From Fidelibacterota bacterium (GTDB lineage Bacteria > Fidelibacterota > Marinisomatia > Marinisomatales > UBA1611), in the NCBI GenBank assembly GCA_028338895.1, contig JAOLAV010000001.1:9315-73314 (forward strand): DNA of 64,000 bases, given 5' to 3'. The position numbers and the translations under genes were made by a program. Below the pieces are notes generated by a model. That model did not search any database. It worked only from the letters and a program-made list of their open reading frames with translations, and was not told where the DNA came from. Shown here piece by piece: positions 1 to 9,776 of this stretch. Position 1 is the stretch's first letter. Each line of letters starts with the position of its first letter.

Positions 1-17
1 ATTTATGTCTAATTCAA

Positions 18-269
18 CTACCTAACATTTTCTCTCTTGTCTGAACCCATCATTCTTTTATAAATAGTACCATCTTTATCTTTTTCAACTATCCATTCCG
101 TACCATCACCATGATAGGTATCATTTTCGATGGATTTCTTATAATCTTCCACTGCTTTTTTCTCTTTCTTTCGTCTTAACTGGTTTTTGATTTCAGTAAC
201 TGCTTGTACCCTAGTCATCTTACCATCTATGATTTTATCTTTGAGTGTTTCTTTATCTTTTTTTGTCAT
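18..269 (-). CDS. hypothetical small Lys/Glu-rich protein
   Basis: 83-aa ORF. Its ATG overlaps the stop of the upstream 266..535 ORF (ATGA on the minus strand). No recognisable motif. Confidence 0.35.
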   Translation of the reverse strand: MTKKDKETLKDKIIDGKMTRVQAVTEIKNQLRRKKEKKAVEDYKKSIENDTYHGDGTEWIVEKDKDGTIYKRMMGSDKRENVR

Positions 270-535
270 CTTTTTAAAATGGTTTTATCCGTGTGAAATT
301 CGATGTTTTCTTTATCTTCCATTGGTTTATTAAAGTCCCTCGATGGCATATATTCAACAAAATTTTCTTCTAATGCTAAATTTTCAATAGTTTTTAATGC
401 GCTCATTAAATGGTACTTATCCTCACCTTTTAGTTCTTTCTCTAATTTCTTAAAGTATCTTTGTTGAACCTCAAGTTCTGTGAGTTCTTTCTCCCAAACG
501 CTATTCCATACTTGTTTTAAATCTTTTTTATTCAT
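266..535 (-). CDS. hypothetical protein
   Basis: 89-aa ORF, 4-nt coupled to 18..269. No recognisable motif. Confidence 0.35.
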   Translation of the reverse strand: MNKKDLKQVWNSVWEKELTELEVQQRYFKKLEKELKGEDKYHLMSALKTIENLALEENFVEYMPSRDFNKPMEDKENIEFHTDKTILKR

Positions 536-609
536 TTGAGCGTTTTTTCTACTTGAATCAATAGAAACGAGCTTTTTGTCGTTAATTCTTGTGAATTTGA
601 AAATAGACT

Positions 610-1050
610 TTAACCATAAATAGTTAAAATGTTTTCATTTAACTGTGTATTATATTCTTGAAGACTACCATTTGCTGGGCTTGAGATTGCAATACCATTT
701 GAATTAAATCTACCTCCGTGTCCAGATACACAAGTTGAGATACCATTTTGAAATGGTTTTAAATCATAGCCTGAATGTGTACAATTATTAGTAAATGCTT
801 TGACAATATCATTGGAACGTAGTAGGAGTAATCCTTGTGAATCAATAATATTACTATTAGTTACCACTGATCCTCCATTTTGCAATAATGGGTTATAGAA
901 ATCTAAATTCAAATCAATAAGTAATTCTTCTCTATTTTCCGATGACATCACAACATTTTCTGTGCAACTCTTTAAAAAGGGGACTCCAACACCAATGGCA
1001 CAAGCACAAAAGATTTTAGTTGTGTTATTCAAAAAATCACGTCTTTTCAT
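610..1050 (-). CDS. Rieske-like [2Fe-2S] domain protein with twin-arginine signal
   Basis: The N-terminus MKRRDFL fits a Tat motif. CTHSG...(14 aa)...CVSGHGGRF resembles the Rieske CxH...CxxH cluster motif, but the second box is CxxxH and therefore atypical. Confidence 0.55.
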   Translation of the reverse strand: MKRRDFLNNTTKIFCACAIGVGVPFLKSCTENVVMSSENREELLIDLNLDFYNPLLQNGGSVVTNSNIIDSQGLLLLRSNDIVKAFTNNCTHSGYDLKPFQNGISTCVSGHGGRFNSNGIAISSPANGSLQEYNTQLNENILTIYG

Positions 1051-1329
1051 ACTTCACCTTTTATTTTTATATTTGATATCTTACGATAAAGTTAATTAAG
1101 AATACTAAAGGAGATCAAAATGGAATTAAATTAACCAAAAGAAAGTCAGTTGTCTAATGAAGAGGTAAACACATATTATGATTTCGATTGCTTGCATAGC
1201 TTAACTTTTGTTAATAAATAGTATCTTTAATGAGTAAAGTATCTTTTTTAAACGATTGTTCATTGTACAGTAAAAACCTAAAAAAAAATTTGTTGAATCT
1301 CATTAATTAACTCAAGTAGTACTACTATT

Positions 1330-1563
1330 ATGATTAAACACCTACCACTACTACTATTCATTGGGCTAGCTTTCGTTGGATGTCAGCAAGAGGAAAATAT
1401 ACTTTCTCCTGAAAATTGCATAGATGAATCACTTATTTCTGATGATAGTGTTTGTTATGAAATGTATGCCCCTGTTTGTGGTTGCAATGGTGAAAACTAT
1501 TCAAATGATTGCTATGCTGGAATTGCAGGTGTCACAGAATGGACTGAAGGTGAATGCAATTAA
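1330..1563 (+). CDS. Kazal-type protease-inhibitor-like lipoprotein
   Basis: Lipobox LAFVGC. CYEMYAPVCGCNGENYSNDCYAGIAGVTEWTEGEC matches the Kazal core (PVCG-x-[DN]G-x-x-Y-x-N-x-C ... GEC). Confidence 0.6.
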   Translation: MIKHLPLLLFIGLAFVGCQQEENILSPENCIDESLISDDSVCYEMYAPVCGCNGENYSNDCYAGIAGVTEWTEGECN

Positions 1564-1648
1564 AGTCCAAAATTTTACTTTTTAGCACACTTTAAGTGCA
1601 TGGCTTTTGACTTTGTTTGGTTATCTCTTCTACCCCATTAAATAAATC
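1562..1648 (+). repeat. intergenic repeat family, copy A (AAAGTCCAAAATTTTACTTT ... GGCTTTTGACTTTGTTTGGTTATCTCTTCTACCCCATTAAATAAA)
   Basis: Near-identical to copy E, with clear similarity to copies C and D. It begins at the stop codon of the preceding gene. Confidence 0.8.
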
Positions 1649-1724
1649 AAAAAAAGGTTATTTTTATTTATAAAGTGAGATGTAAATTAATTTTTAATTT
1701 AAATAAATAAAGTAAGAGAATCAT

Positions 1725-3890
1725 ATGAAATCAATAACTATTATCATCTTTTTAACCTCCTTTTGTTTTGCCAAAGTTCAATTTCCGGATCATCTTACTA
1801 AGATGGCAAAAGTCATACAAAATAAATATCAAGTCAATTTAAAAAATCATACATCCATTCAACAGAATCAAAGCACTAGAGATGCTGAAGATCTTATTGG
1901 TGAATGGTATGTTTTTAATGCAGAAAATAATGCTTTTATTACTGTTGGAAGTGATCAATCAATCCCTGACCCACTATCAATGATTGCATTAGTAGAAGGT
2001 GCCGGAACGGTGAATGCATCTACAACAATCCCTGAAGTCGCTCAACCATTAGAACTAAATTACTTTTTATCCGCTGGCGCACTAGATGGTGGTGATGGTG
2101 ATGGTGATGGTGATGGTGAATATACCTATGGTCCAAGGATTGGAGCATACCTAACTGATCTCGACCCCAGCTCTGGAGGAGAAGTCTATTTTGATAATAC
2201 GGATAATGAAGCCGTCATTACTTTCATCGATGTTCCTTTATTTGATAATAATGATGAGACTCAAACATTTCAGATTCAATTAATTTATGAAACAGGTGAA
2301 ATCATTCTTTCTTTTCTAGATCTATCACTCTTAGGAGAACATACTGAAACCGCACCTGGTGGTTTAGCAATTGGCGTCGCCAATGGTAGCGGAGAGTATA
2401 CAGGTATTGACCTTAGTGGTTCACCTCAAATAGTGTCTATGAACCCAATTGAAGGGTTTTCAAACGATAATCAACTGGATTTAGAAAATATAAAGGTTAC
2501 ATTCACACCAGGTAACGCTAATATGTTTGGTTATTCTGTTTCAACTGAACCCATCACCGAACTTCCCGGTTCTTACTTGAATCAAATCCCACTTCAAGAT
2601 GATGGTTTTCTTGAGCAAGATTTAAGCTCAAACTTTACATTCTATGGCGAAACATACAGTATGATATATATTAATAATGACGGGAATATTGGCTTTGAAT
2701 CAGGTGATCAATATTGTGTGTGTTGGTTTTGTGATGATGGAGATGGACTTTGTGCGGCTTCTTACTTAGCTGGATATGCCGTTGAAGATGATTCCAGAGA
2801 TGACCATACTGAGTATGGAAGTGTAATGAATATGAATTTTATGGAATTTTCCTCCTTAATGATGGGGGAATCTCTCGGAAATATATCTTCTCCAACCATC
2901 GTTAATTTTGGTTCAAGTAATGACTCTGAAGAAAATATTGATATTGTTAATGCAATGCTATTCAATGGAAGTGAATGGATCGAATTTAGTTTAGAAGAGG
3001 GTAACTCAAGTAATGTTACTCTGGATGAATCAGGTTATACCTTTGAATTTTCAAATGTTGTGTTGACGCATGAAGTGGAAAACTGGACCTTGACATTAAA
3101 TGGTACGATTGGTCCAGAGCTAATTGAATTACAGGCAGGTATTGAAACAGAGTTGACTTTTATGGGAATGATGGATTCCGACTCATCAGGAGAAGAAACA
3201 GAGATGATATTTAACTCTGATGGTACAGGTTTTGAGGTCCTATCTGAGGAAAATGGTTATTCTGAAACAACTGATTTCACATACACGACAAGTGGAGATG
3301 ATAGCCTAACGTTAATTTTTTTAGAGGAAGATTATTATGGTAATGTAGATCCGGAAACAATAGGTTTTAATTATTATTTTATCGAAAGCGAAAGTGATCT
3401 AGTACCGTTTGATACATTGGTTTTATCAGGTGATAATCATCTTTGTGATGGTTATGAAAGTGACGGTGCTACGAACTATCAATTATGTTTGGAAGAGGAA
3501 GGTTTTTCTGAATTACTTGGTGATGTTGAAGATGTGACCTCTTTTGTAGTTACATTTGAGATGTATCTGATTCCGGCAGAATATGTAAAGGTAGATCCTC
3601 TAGTAAATGCTGAATTACCAAATAAATATAGACTCCTTACAGCATATCCAAATCCATTTAATCCCGTAACCACAATTCGCTTTGATCTAGGTGAAAATGT
3701 TGCGAGTAATACAGTATTAAAGATATTTGATATTTCAGGTAGGCTAGTTGCAACGTTACTAGATGAAAGGATACAGCAAGGGTCTTATGAAATAAAATGG
3801 AATGCTTCGACTATGGCAACGGGTATTTATTTCACAGAGCTCAGTTCAGGTAAAATAAGAGAAACTAGTAAAGTTGTATTAATGAAATAA
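1725..3890 (+). CDS. secreted protein with T9SS-type C-terminal sorting domain
   Basis: Signal peptide. GDGDGDGDG repeat. The C-terminus YPNPFNPVTTIRFDL...GIYFTEL...KVVLMK is typical of a T9SS CTD. Confidence 0.8.
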   Translation: MKSITIIIFLTSFCFAKVQFPDHLTKMAKVIQNKYQVNLKNHTSIQQNQSTRDAEDLIGEWYVFNAENNAFITVGSDQSIPDPLSMIALVEGAGTVNASTTIPEVAQPLELNYFLSAGALDGGDGDGDGDGEYTYGPRIGAYLTDLDPSSGGEVYFDNTDNEAVITFIDVPLFDNNDETQTFQIQLIYETGEIILSFLDLSLLGEHTETAPGGLAIGVANGSGEYTGIDLSGSPQIVSMNPIEGFSNDNQLDLENIKVTFTPGNANMFGYSVSTEPITELPGSYLNQIPLQDDGFLEQDLSSNFTFYGETYSMIYINNDGNIGFESGDQYCVCWFCDDGDGLCAASYLAGYAVEDDSRDDHTEYGSVMNMNFMEFSSLMMGESLGNISSPTIVNFGSSNDSEENIDIVNAMLFNGSEWIEFSLEEGNSSNVTLDESGYTFEFSNVVLTHEVENWTLTLNGTIGPELIELQAGIETELTFMGMMDSDSSGEETEMIFNSDGTGFEVLSEENGYSETTDFTYTTSGDDSLTLIFLEEDYYGNVDPETIGFNYYFIESESDLVPFDTLVLSGDNHLCDGYESDGATNYQLCLEEEGFSELLGDVEDVTSFVVTFEMYLIPAEYVKVDPLVNAELPNKYRLLTAYPNPFNPVTTIRFDLGENVASNTVLKIFDISGRLVATLLDERIQQGSYEIKWNASTMATGIYFTELSSGKIRETSKVVLMK

Positions 3891-4016
3891 TATAATTCTA
3901 CCATCTGCATTCTTTTAAATTTTTATTATTTATAATTTTATCTAATGAAGTTTTAATTAACATATATTTTAAAAAAAACATAGCAATTTATTTAACTATT
4001 ACAGGAACATCCGATA

Positions 4017-5888
4017 ATGAAAAATAAAATTTATATTAGTTTATTTATTTCTACTCTCGCAGCACAAGTTGATTACAATACTCAAATTCAGCCAATATTT
4101 GATAATAACTGTATAAGTTGTCATAATAACGGTGGAGGCTACGCCGGAGGATTAGACCTCTCTTCCTACAACAATGTTTTAGAAGGTGGAAATAATAGTA
4201 ATAATATAATTCCCGATGATCATTCGAATAGTCTTCTATATGAAAGAATCACCCTACCTGAAAACAATCAACTATCTATGCCACAAAATGGAACTCCTTT
4301 GTCCCAGCCTGAAATAGGTTTAATTGCTCAATGGATAGATGAAGGTGCTCTAGAAATGCCAGTGGATGTAGATTGCTATGCTGATGATGGTACAGAGGGT
4401 GTTATGATTTGGGAAACTTGCTATTCTATACAGAACACCACTTCGATTGGTTGGCCGCTTTCTATCCCTGATTCTGCAACTTCACTTCCTGCTGAGTTAT
4501 TTACTTTAACCAACCTAACTATTTTGTCTATACAATATTCAAATATAAGCGGATCAATTTCACAAGATATTGGAAACCTTTCTAATTTGACAAGACTTGA
4601 TCTTAGTCACAATCAACTTTCTGGAGAAATTCCATCAGAGATTGGTAATCTAACTAATTTGATAGCTCTTAATCTTAGTTCAAATCAGCTCTCTGGAAAT
4701 ATTCCTGTTGAATTGTATCAATTATTAAATTTAAAAGGTGAAATGGAATACGTTTCTGGCCCCGGTGGAGGTGCATCAGTTTTTCATATGGGATTAAATC
4801 TATCGAACAATAGTCTTACGGGATCCATTCCGGAAGAAATAAGCAATTTTAATAACCTCAAATCTCTCGATCTATCCTTTAATGAATTTTCAGGAGATTT
4901 ACCTGCCGGTTTATATACCTTAGATAGTCTTCAAACTCTTAACCTTAGTAATAATTTATTGACTGGTGAAATTTCTCATGAGATTGGCAACCTATTAAAT
5001 CTTGAAGGTGTTACAACGTACGCGCACAATAGCATGACACAGTATGATGCTCTCAATTTATCCGATAACTTATTTACTGGACTTATACCAGAGAGTATTT
5101 GCGATTTACTTTTGGATTGGGACGATGACTATATGAATGAAAATCAAGGATTTAGTCTCTCAAACAATCAATTCTGTGCCCCTTTCCCTACTTGTATTGA
5201 ACCATTTACAGGTAGTCAAGACACCTCAAACTGTAATTTAATATCTCCTTACTTTATCGAAGGTCGTTGGATTTCAGAGTACTACGGAAATACAATGTAT
5301 GAATTTGATGGGCAAAATAGATTGACTTATTATTGTGATACTTCGGAATGTGATTCAAGTTATTGGAATGCTTTAGATACAAATGATGCCATTCCTGGAA
5401 GAAATCCATATACTTTTATAAATGATACTTTAACCATCGATCTACATTTTGGAAATATTGCGGTAGAAGTAGTGAATTTTTTGTGTGAAGGCAATGTGAT
5501 TGATTTTAATAATCAACAAAGTAATTTAAAAAGAGTAGGAATTGATTTTGATGAATGCGACGATTATGACGGTCAACAACTTGAGCTATCAAATACAACA
5601 AATACTCCTGAATGGTTTAAACTTAATCAAAACTATCCCAACCCATTTAACCCTAATACAAAGATTAAGTATGCGTTACCTGAAGATGCATTGGTAAGTG
5701 TAAGTATATATGATGTTACAGGAAGAATGGTTAAGTCTTTAATAAATATGAATCAGTCTACTGGATATCATTCTATTCGATGGGATGCGACTAATGATAT
5801 TGGTGAAGCTGTCTCCGCTGGTATGTATATCTATACCATTCAAGCGGGTGAATACAGATCTACAAAGAAGATGGTTCTACTTAAATAG
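4017..5888 (+). CDS. secreted CxxCH (Planctomycete-cytochrome-c-like) + leucine-rich-repeat protein with T9SS CTD
   Basis: N-terminal IQPIFDNNCISCHN...MPQNG...WIDEGA. About 8 LRRs of the LxxLxLSxNxLSGxIPxEIGNL type. C-terminal YPNPFNPNTKIKY...KKMVLLK. Confidence 0.85.
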   Translation: MKNKIYISLFISTLAAQVDYNTQIQPIFDNNCISCHNNGGGYAGGLDLSSYNNVLEGGNNSNNIIPDDHSNSLLYERITLPENNQLSMPQNGTPLSQPEIGLIAQWIDEGALEMPVDVDCYADDGTEGVMIWETCYSIQNTTSIGWPLSIPDSATSLPAELFTLTNLTILSIQYSNISGSISQDIGNLSNLTRLDLSHNQLSGEIPSEIGNLTNLIALNLSSNQLSGNIPVELYQLLNLKGEMEYVSGPGGGASVFHMGLNLSNNSLTGSIPEEISNFNNLKSLDLSFNEFSGDLPAGLYTLDSLQTLNLSNNLLTGEISHEIGNLLNLEGVTTYAHNSMTQYDALNLSDNLFTGLIPESICDLLLDWDDDYMNENQGFSLSNNQFCAPFPTCIEPFTGSQDTSNCNLISPYFIEGRWISEYYGNTMYEFDGQNRLTYYCDTSECDSSYWNALDTNDAIPGRNPYTFINDTLTIDLHFGNIAVEVVNFLCEGNVIDFNNQQSNLKRVGIDFDECDDYDGQQLELSNTTNTPEWFKLNQNYPNPFNPNTKIKYALPEDALVSVSIYDVTGRMVKSLINMNQSTGYHSIRWDATNDIGEAVSAGMYIYTIQAGEYRSTKKMVLLK

Positions 5889-5913
5889 TTCTAAACATAG
5901 AATGAATAGAAAA

Positions 5914-5937
5914 GCCTCGATTACTCGAGGCTTTTTT
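5914..5937 (+). terminator. rho-independent terminator
   Basis: Hairpin GCCTCGA-TTAC-TCGAGGC followed by a T6 run, 26 nt after the stop codon. Confidence 0.75.
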
Positions 5938-5952
5938 GATTTTATTTAAATA

Positions 5953-6072
5953 GAATCCAAAATTGTACTTTTAGCACCTTTTCAAAAGATGTTTACGCTT
6001 ATATTGCTAAACTTAAAGACTTTTAAGTTTTTTTAGTAACTCTTTAGACTCCAACCACTTCCCCATTTTACA
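5953..6072 (+). repeat. intergenic repeat family, divergent copy B
   Basis: The 5' block AATCCAAAATTGTACTTTTAGCACC and the 3' block CCACTTCCCCATTTTAC resemble the ends of copies A, C, D and E. The middle part is not conserved. Confidence 0.35.
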
Positions 6073-6205
6073 CTAGTATTATAATAACTAAGCTACTATT
6101 TGCCTCAACCTTCAATAACCAAGATATATAATAAAGATTAGAAACACTATAATATTTATTTCTCATATATTATACAATAATAGATACTTTTTATATATAT
6201 TATAT

Positions 6206-6679
6206 GTGATGAAAACTGCAATATTTGTTGATGTCCAAAATATTTATTATACCACTCGAGATACTTTTAAACGTCCTTTTAATTATAGACGTTTCATGAA
6301 TAAAATAGAATCTAAAGATGAAATATTTAAAGCATATGCTTATGCTATTGATAAAGGAGATGAGAAGCAACAAAAGTTTCAATTTGCTTTGCAAACTATT
6401 GGGTTCAATGTCAAACTAAAACCTTATATATCTCGATCAGATGGAAGCTCTAAAGGCGATTGGGATGTAGGTATAACCATTGATATCTTAGAATCAGCCA
6501 AAGAAGTAGAGAAAATAATTCTATTATCAGGTGATGGTGATTTTGATTTACTCGTGCAAAAAGTAATAGATAAATACGGGTGTATTGTTGATATTTATGG
6601 AGTGAAAGAGTTGACAGCTAATTCTCTTATAGAAACTGCTTCAGAATTTCATTCTATATCAAATAAAGATTTACTCTAA
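6206..6679 (+). CDS. NYN (LabA-like) domain protein
   Basis: AIFVDVQNIYY near the N-terminus and LLSGDGDFDLLV are hallmark NYN/LabA PIN-like motifs. Confidence 0.7.
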   Translation: MMKTAIFVDVQNIYYTTRDTFKRPFNYRRFMNKIESKDEIFKAYAYAIDKGDEKQQKFQFALQTIGFNVKLKPYISRSDGSSKGDWDVGITIDILESAKEVEKIILLSGDGDFDLLVQKVIDKYGCIVDIYGVKELTANSLIETASEFHSISNKDLL

Positions 6680-6875
6680 TCTAAAGGAAAATTATATAAT
6701 GAATCCAAAACTGACCGATTAATTATTTTAAATATTTATAATAAATGTATTTAATGCCATTCTTTAGTAAATCATTATTACTTTTCAAAAAAATTAGGAT
6801 GGTCTTAATAAAATAGGTCTAAATCTTAGAACCAATAAAAATCCTTGATTAATCGGGGTTTTTTTGTTTCTAATT

Positions 6876-6970
6876 AAAGTCCAAAATTTCACTTTTAAGA
6901 GCTTTTACTTTAAAGTCTCTGCATAGCTTTTGACGTTGTTTGGTTATCCTTTCTGCCGCACTAAATAAAC
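6876..6970 (+). repeat. intergenic repeat family, copy C
   Basis: AAAGTCCAAAATTTCACTTTT ... GCTTTTGACGTTGTTTGGTTATCCTTTCTGCCGCACTAAATAAAC. Confidence 0.75.
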
Positions 6971-7060
6971 TAAGAGAAAGACTCCATTTTAAATTTGCAG
7001 GATGATTGGTAAATTATCTGTACGCTAAATAATCATTTATATACATATGAAGTTAAAAAA

Positions 7061-8353
7061 ATGAATAAAAAAACTTATCAAAGACCTATCTCTCTTTTTA
7101 AAGCTTTATCATTTCTAGTAACCGTATCTTTAATACAATCTCAAAATATTATCGATGCTTATTTAATCGGTAACTATACTACTACTTTGATGGGGACACA
7201 GACCCAGGGTTTGATCTTACCACGTGATCTAGACTTTCATAAGGATGTTGAGAGGCAAAATGAGCTTTGGATTATCAATGAAAATAATCTTGATGTTCGA
7301 GACCACGGTGGGAGCACAGTCACATATTATAATGCCGGACAGGATAACCAATGGTCAGAATATAGATGGGATGCTTATTCAGGCCATTTCATGAATATCG
7401 CCAGTGCTATTGCTATTAGCGAAAATGGCACCTTCGGTAATACATTGGATGTTCAAGATGCAAATAATAATAATAATGGTTATTTTACCGGACCTGTTTT
7501 ATGGCCCACAGATACTTCTATTTACGCCCGAGCTAACCAGGATGGTCCGCTGTTGGGTAGTCATTTAGATATGATTCATCAGACTCCCTACGGAGTAGGC
7601 ATTGCCAGTGCCGGCGAAAATGTGTATTGGGTTTTTGATGGGTTTCATAATGCCATTGTAAAATATGATTTTGTGCAGCCCCATATTGTCGGTGGCGACG
7701 ACCACTCTGATGGCAAAGTCTGGCGCCACTCTGAAGTTGTTGTTCAACGCTCCCCCGGATTATCTAGCCATATGGAATTTGACCCGGCCTCCGGGTGGTT
7801 ATACATCGCTGATACAGGAAATGAACGGATTATCAAGATGGATCCTAATTCAGGCACAGTAACAGAAAATCTAAATCCCTACGGAGAAACACTTGCAGGA
7901 TATTATAATATGTCAGGAACGGATTGGGATGTGGTTGTAGATACAGATTTGATCAAGCCCACAGGCTTAGATATCTACGATGGCAGGCTTTTAATAAGTG
8001 ATTATGCCAATGGGGATATTATCGTTTATGATATTACTCAAGATCCCGTTGTTGAATTAGGCAGGATTCAAACAGGGATCAGCAATCAGATCATGGGGTT
8101 AAAGGTTGGACCGGGAGGTGAAATTTGGTTTGTTTGTTATACCACTCATGAATTATATCAACTCACAACTATGTTGAATGGAGATGTGAATGGAGATGGT
8201 AGTTGCACCATTATAGATGTTATTTTTTGCGTACAATTTATAATGGGATTCTACGATCTAGAAGAAGATCAAATATACCGTAGCGATTTAAATTTTGACG
8301 GAGAAATTAATCTTTTCGATTTATTACATATTGTAGATGCGGTTGCGAATTAA
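7061..8353 (+). CDS. secreted NHL-repeat beta-propeller-like protein with C-terminal dockerin-type domain
   Basis: Signal peptide. NHL-like repeats (YIADTGNERIIKMD, LLISDYANGDIIVYD). The C-terminal pair GDVNGDGSCTIIDV...DLNFDGEINLFDLLHIVD is a dockerin-like duplicated Ca-binding loop. Confidence 0.7.
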   Translation: MNKKTYQRPISLFKALSFLVTVSLIQSQNIIDAYLIGNYTTTLMGTQTQGLILPRDLDFHKDVERQNELWIINENNLDVRDHGGSTVTYYNAGQDNQWSEYRWDAYSGHFMNIASAIAISENGTFGNTLDVQDANNNNNGYFTGPVLWPTDTSIYARANQDGPLLGSHLDMIHQTPYGVGIASAGENVYWVFDGFHNAIVKYDFVQPHIVGGDDHSDGKVWRHSEVVVQRSPGLSSHMEFDPASGWLYIADTGNERIIKMDPNSGTVTENLNPYGETLAGYYNMSGTDWDVVVDTDLIKPTGLDIYDGRLLISDYANGDIIVYDITQDPVVELGRIQTGISNQIMGLKVGPGGEIWFVCYTTHELYQLTTMLNGDVNGDGSCTIIDVIFCVQFIMGFYDLEEDQIYRSDLNFDGEINLFDLLHIVDAVAN

Positions 8354-8532
8354 AACTGCCAAAGAGGTGTTTTAAATTTCATAATTGATTTCTATTTCTT
8401 ATTGAAATCTTAAAAATGACTAGTTTCCTAAGTGAAAGAAGAATTAAATCAACATCCAATCCGAGAGTAAAAATTATTGGAGCTATTTTATAATTAACCG
8501 CGCCTACTTCGTGGATTTTTTTGTTTCAAACT

Positions 8533-8628
8533 AAGGTCAATAATTTTACTTTCAGTACCTCTCACTATAAAATCTGAGTATGGTTTTTGACTTTTTTTTT
8601 GTTATCCCTTCTACCCCACTTAATAAAA
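8533..8628 (+). repeat. intergenic repeat family, copy D
   Basis: AAGGTCAATAATTTTACTTTC ... GGTTTTTGACTTTTTTTTGTTATCCCTTCTACCCCACTTAATAAAAA. Confidence 0.7.
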
Positions 8629-8819
8629 ATGAAGAAAGTCCTCTGTTTAATAAGCAGGCAAATACATTCTATTACTATTTTTTATTTTTGTAGTTTAAAT
8701 TGTATGTTTCAGTTGATAAGACCTGTTTTAGATTAAATTCAAAAACAAATGAAAGATATCTCTACTTTTTATTTATCAGTGTCCTGTTATTCTTTATAGA
8801 TATTAACTCCAAGGATTTA

Positions 8820-9587
8820 ATGATTAATACTTCTTTTAAGCAAATACGTGATATTATCAAGATAGCTCCTGAATTAGATATACCTAATATTATTTTAAAA
8901 AATCATTGTGCTCTTGTTCCATCTCAAAATTTCAGTTTTTCTAAAACCAAAAACGGCTCATTGAAAAAATTTGTTAAGGAATGGGATGCGCTAGAGGTAG
9001 ATACACATATGGCCGATAATGGTAGGTATCGACTAAGAAGATATGGCGTATTTTATTTAAGTCAAAAATCCTTGCATTTAGATTATCAATCTAACACTAC
9101 TTTTTACCAAAGCTTGGAATCAAACCCTATTAATGGTGGAATAAATAGAGGATTTTCAAGTCTGTCAGATTCGACCATTAAAAGTCATTTTTTACATGCT
9201 CTTATTCGGCTAGATTTTAAAAACTTACCTAATTCCATTACTTGTAAAAATAAATCTTGGAAAATTGGAGTACATCAAATAAAAATAAAATCTTTTATGG
9301 GTCGTATTGGATTACCTACTCCTGAAGGAATTCATCGTGATGATGAAAATTTTACAGTACAGCATCTAATTGATAGACATAATATTGCTTCAGGAGAAAA
9401 TCTTTTTTACGGTCAAAGCCTAAATCCATCTAAGGAAGCAGAGATAAAATGGTTACAAAAAGATTTTTTTGATTCATACTACTTTGACAAATCAGTTTGG
9501 CACAGTGTGTCTCCGGTTGAATCTCTGGATGGAATTAATGAAGGTTATCGAGATGTTCTGTTGTTAGATTTTGTCCCCAGGGGTTAA
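8820..9587 (+). CDS. 2OG-Fe(II) dioxygenase, IDO-like (2OG-Fe_Oxy_2 family) putative amino-acid hydroxylase
   Basis: PEGIHRDDENF (HxD) plus a downstream WHSVSP His. I place the start at ATG 8820 rather than the track's TTG at 8700. Confidence 0.55.
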   Translation: MINTSFKQIRDIIKIAPELDIPNIILKNHCALVPSQNFSFSKTKNGSLKKFVKEWDALEVDTHMADNGRYRLRRYGVFYLSQKSLHLDYQSNTTFYQSLESNPINGGINRGFSSLSDSTIKSHFLHALIRLDFKNLPNSITCKNKSWKIGVHQIKIKSFMGRIGLPTPEGIHRDDENFTVQHLIDRHNIASGENLFYGQSLNPSKEAEIKWLQKDFFDSYYFDKSVWHSVSPVESLDGINEGYRDVLLLDFVPRG

Positions 9588-9776
9588 GTTTATTTTATTG
9601 GAAATAAATACGGCATCCAAAATTAAATAATTATAGAAAAATCAGAAAAGAGACTTTATAACATTGTTAATAATTATGCTGATATTCTACATTGATTAGC
9701 TCACCCAAAGATCAGGTTAAGAAATAACAGTCCTTCATCTGAAAAAAATATTTTGTATAGAAGATAGCACTAATTA

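Noticed and set aside
8700-8819. TTG-initiated 40-aa N-terminal extension of the 2OG dioxygenase
   Set aside because: The extension overlaps the repeat element/promoter region and has no family similarity. ATG 8820 gives a normal-length protein.
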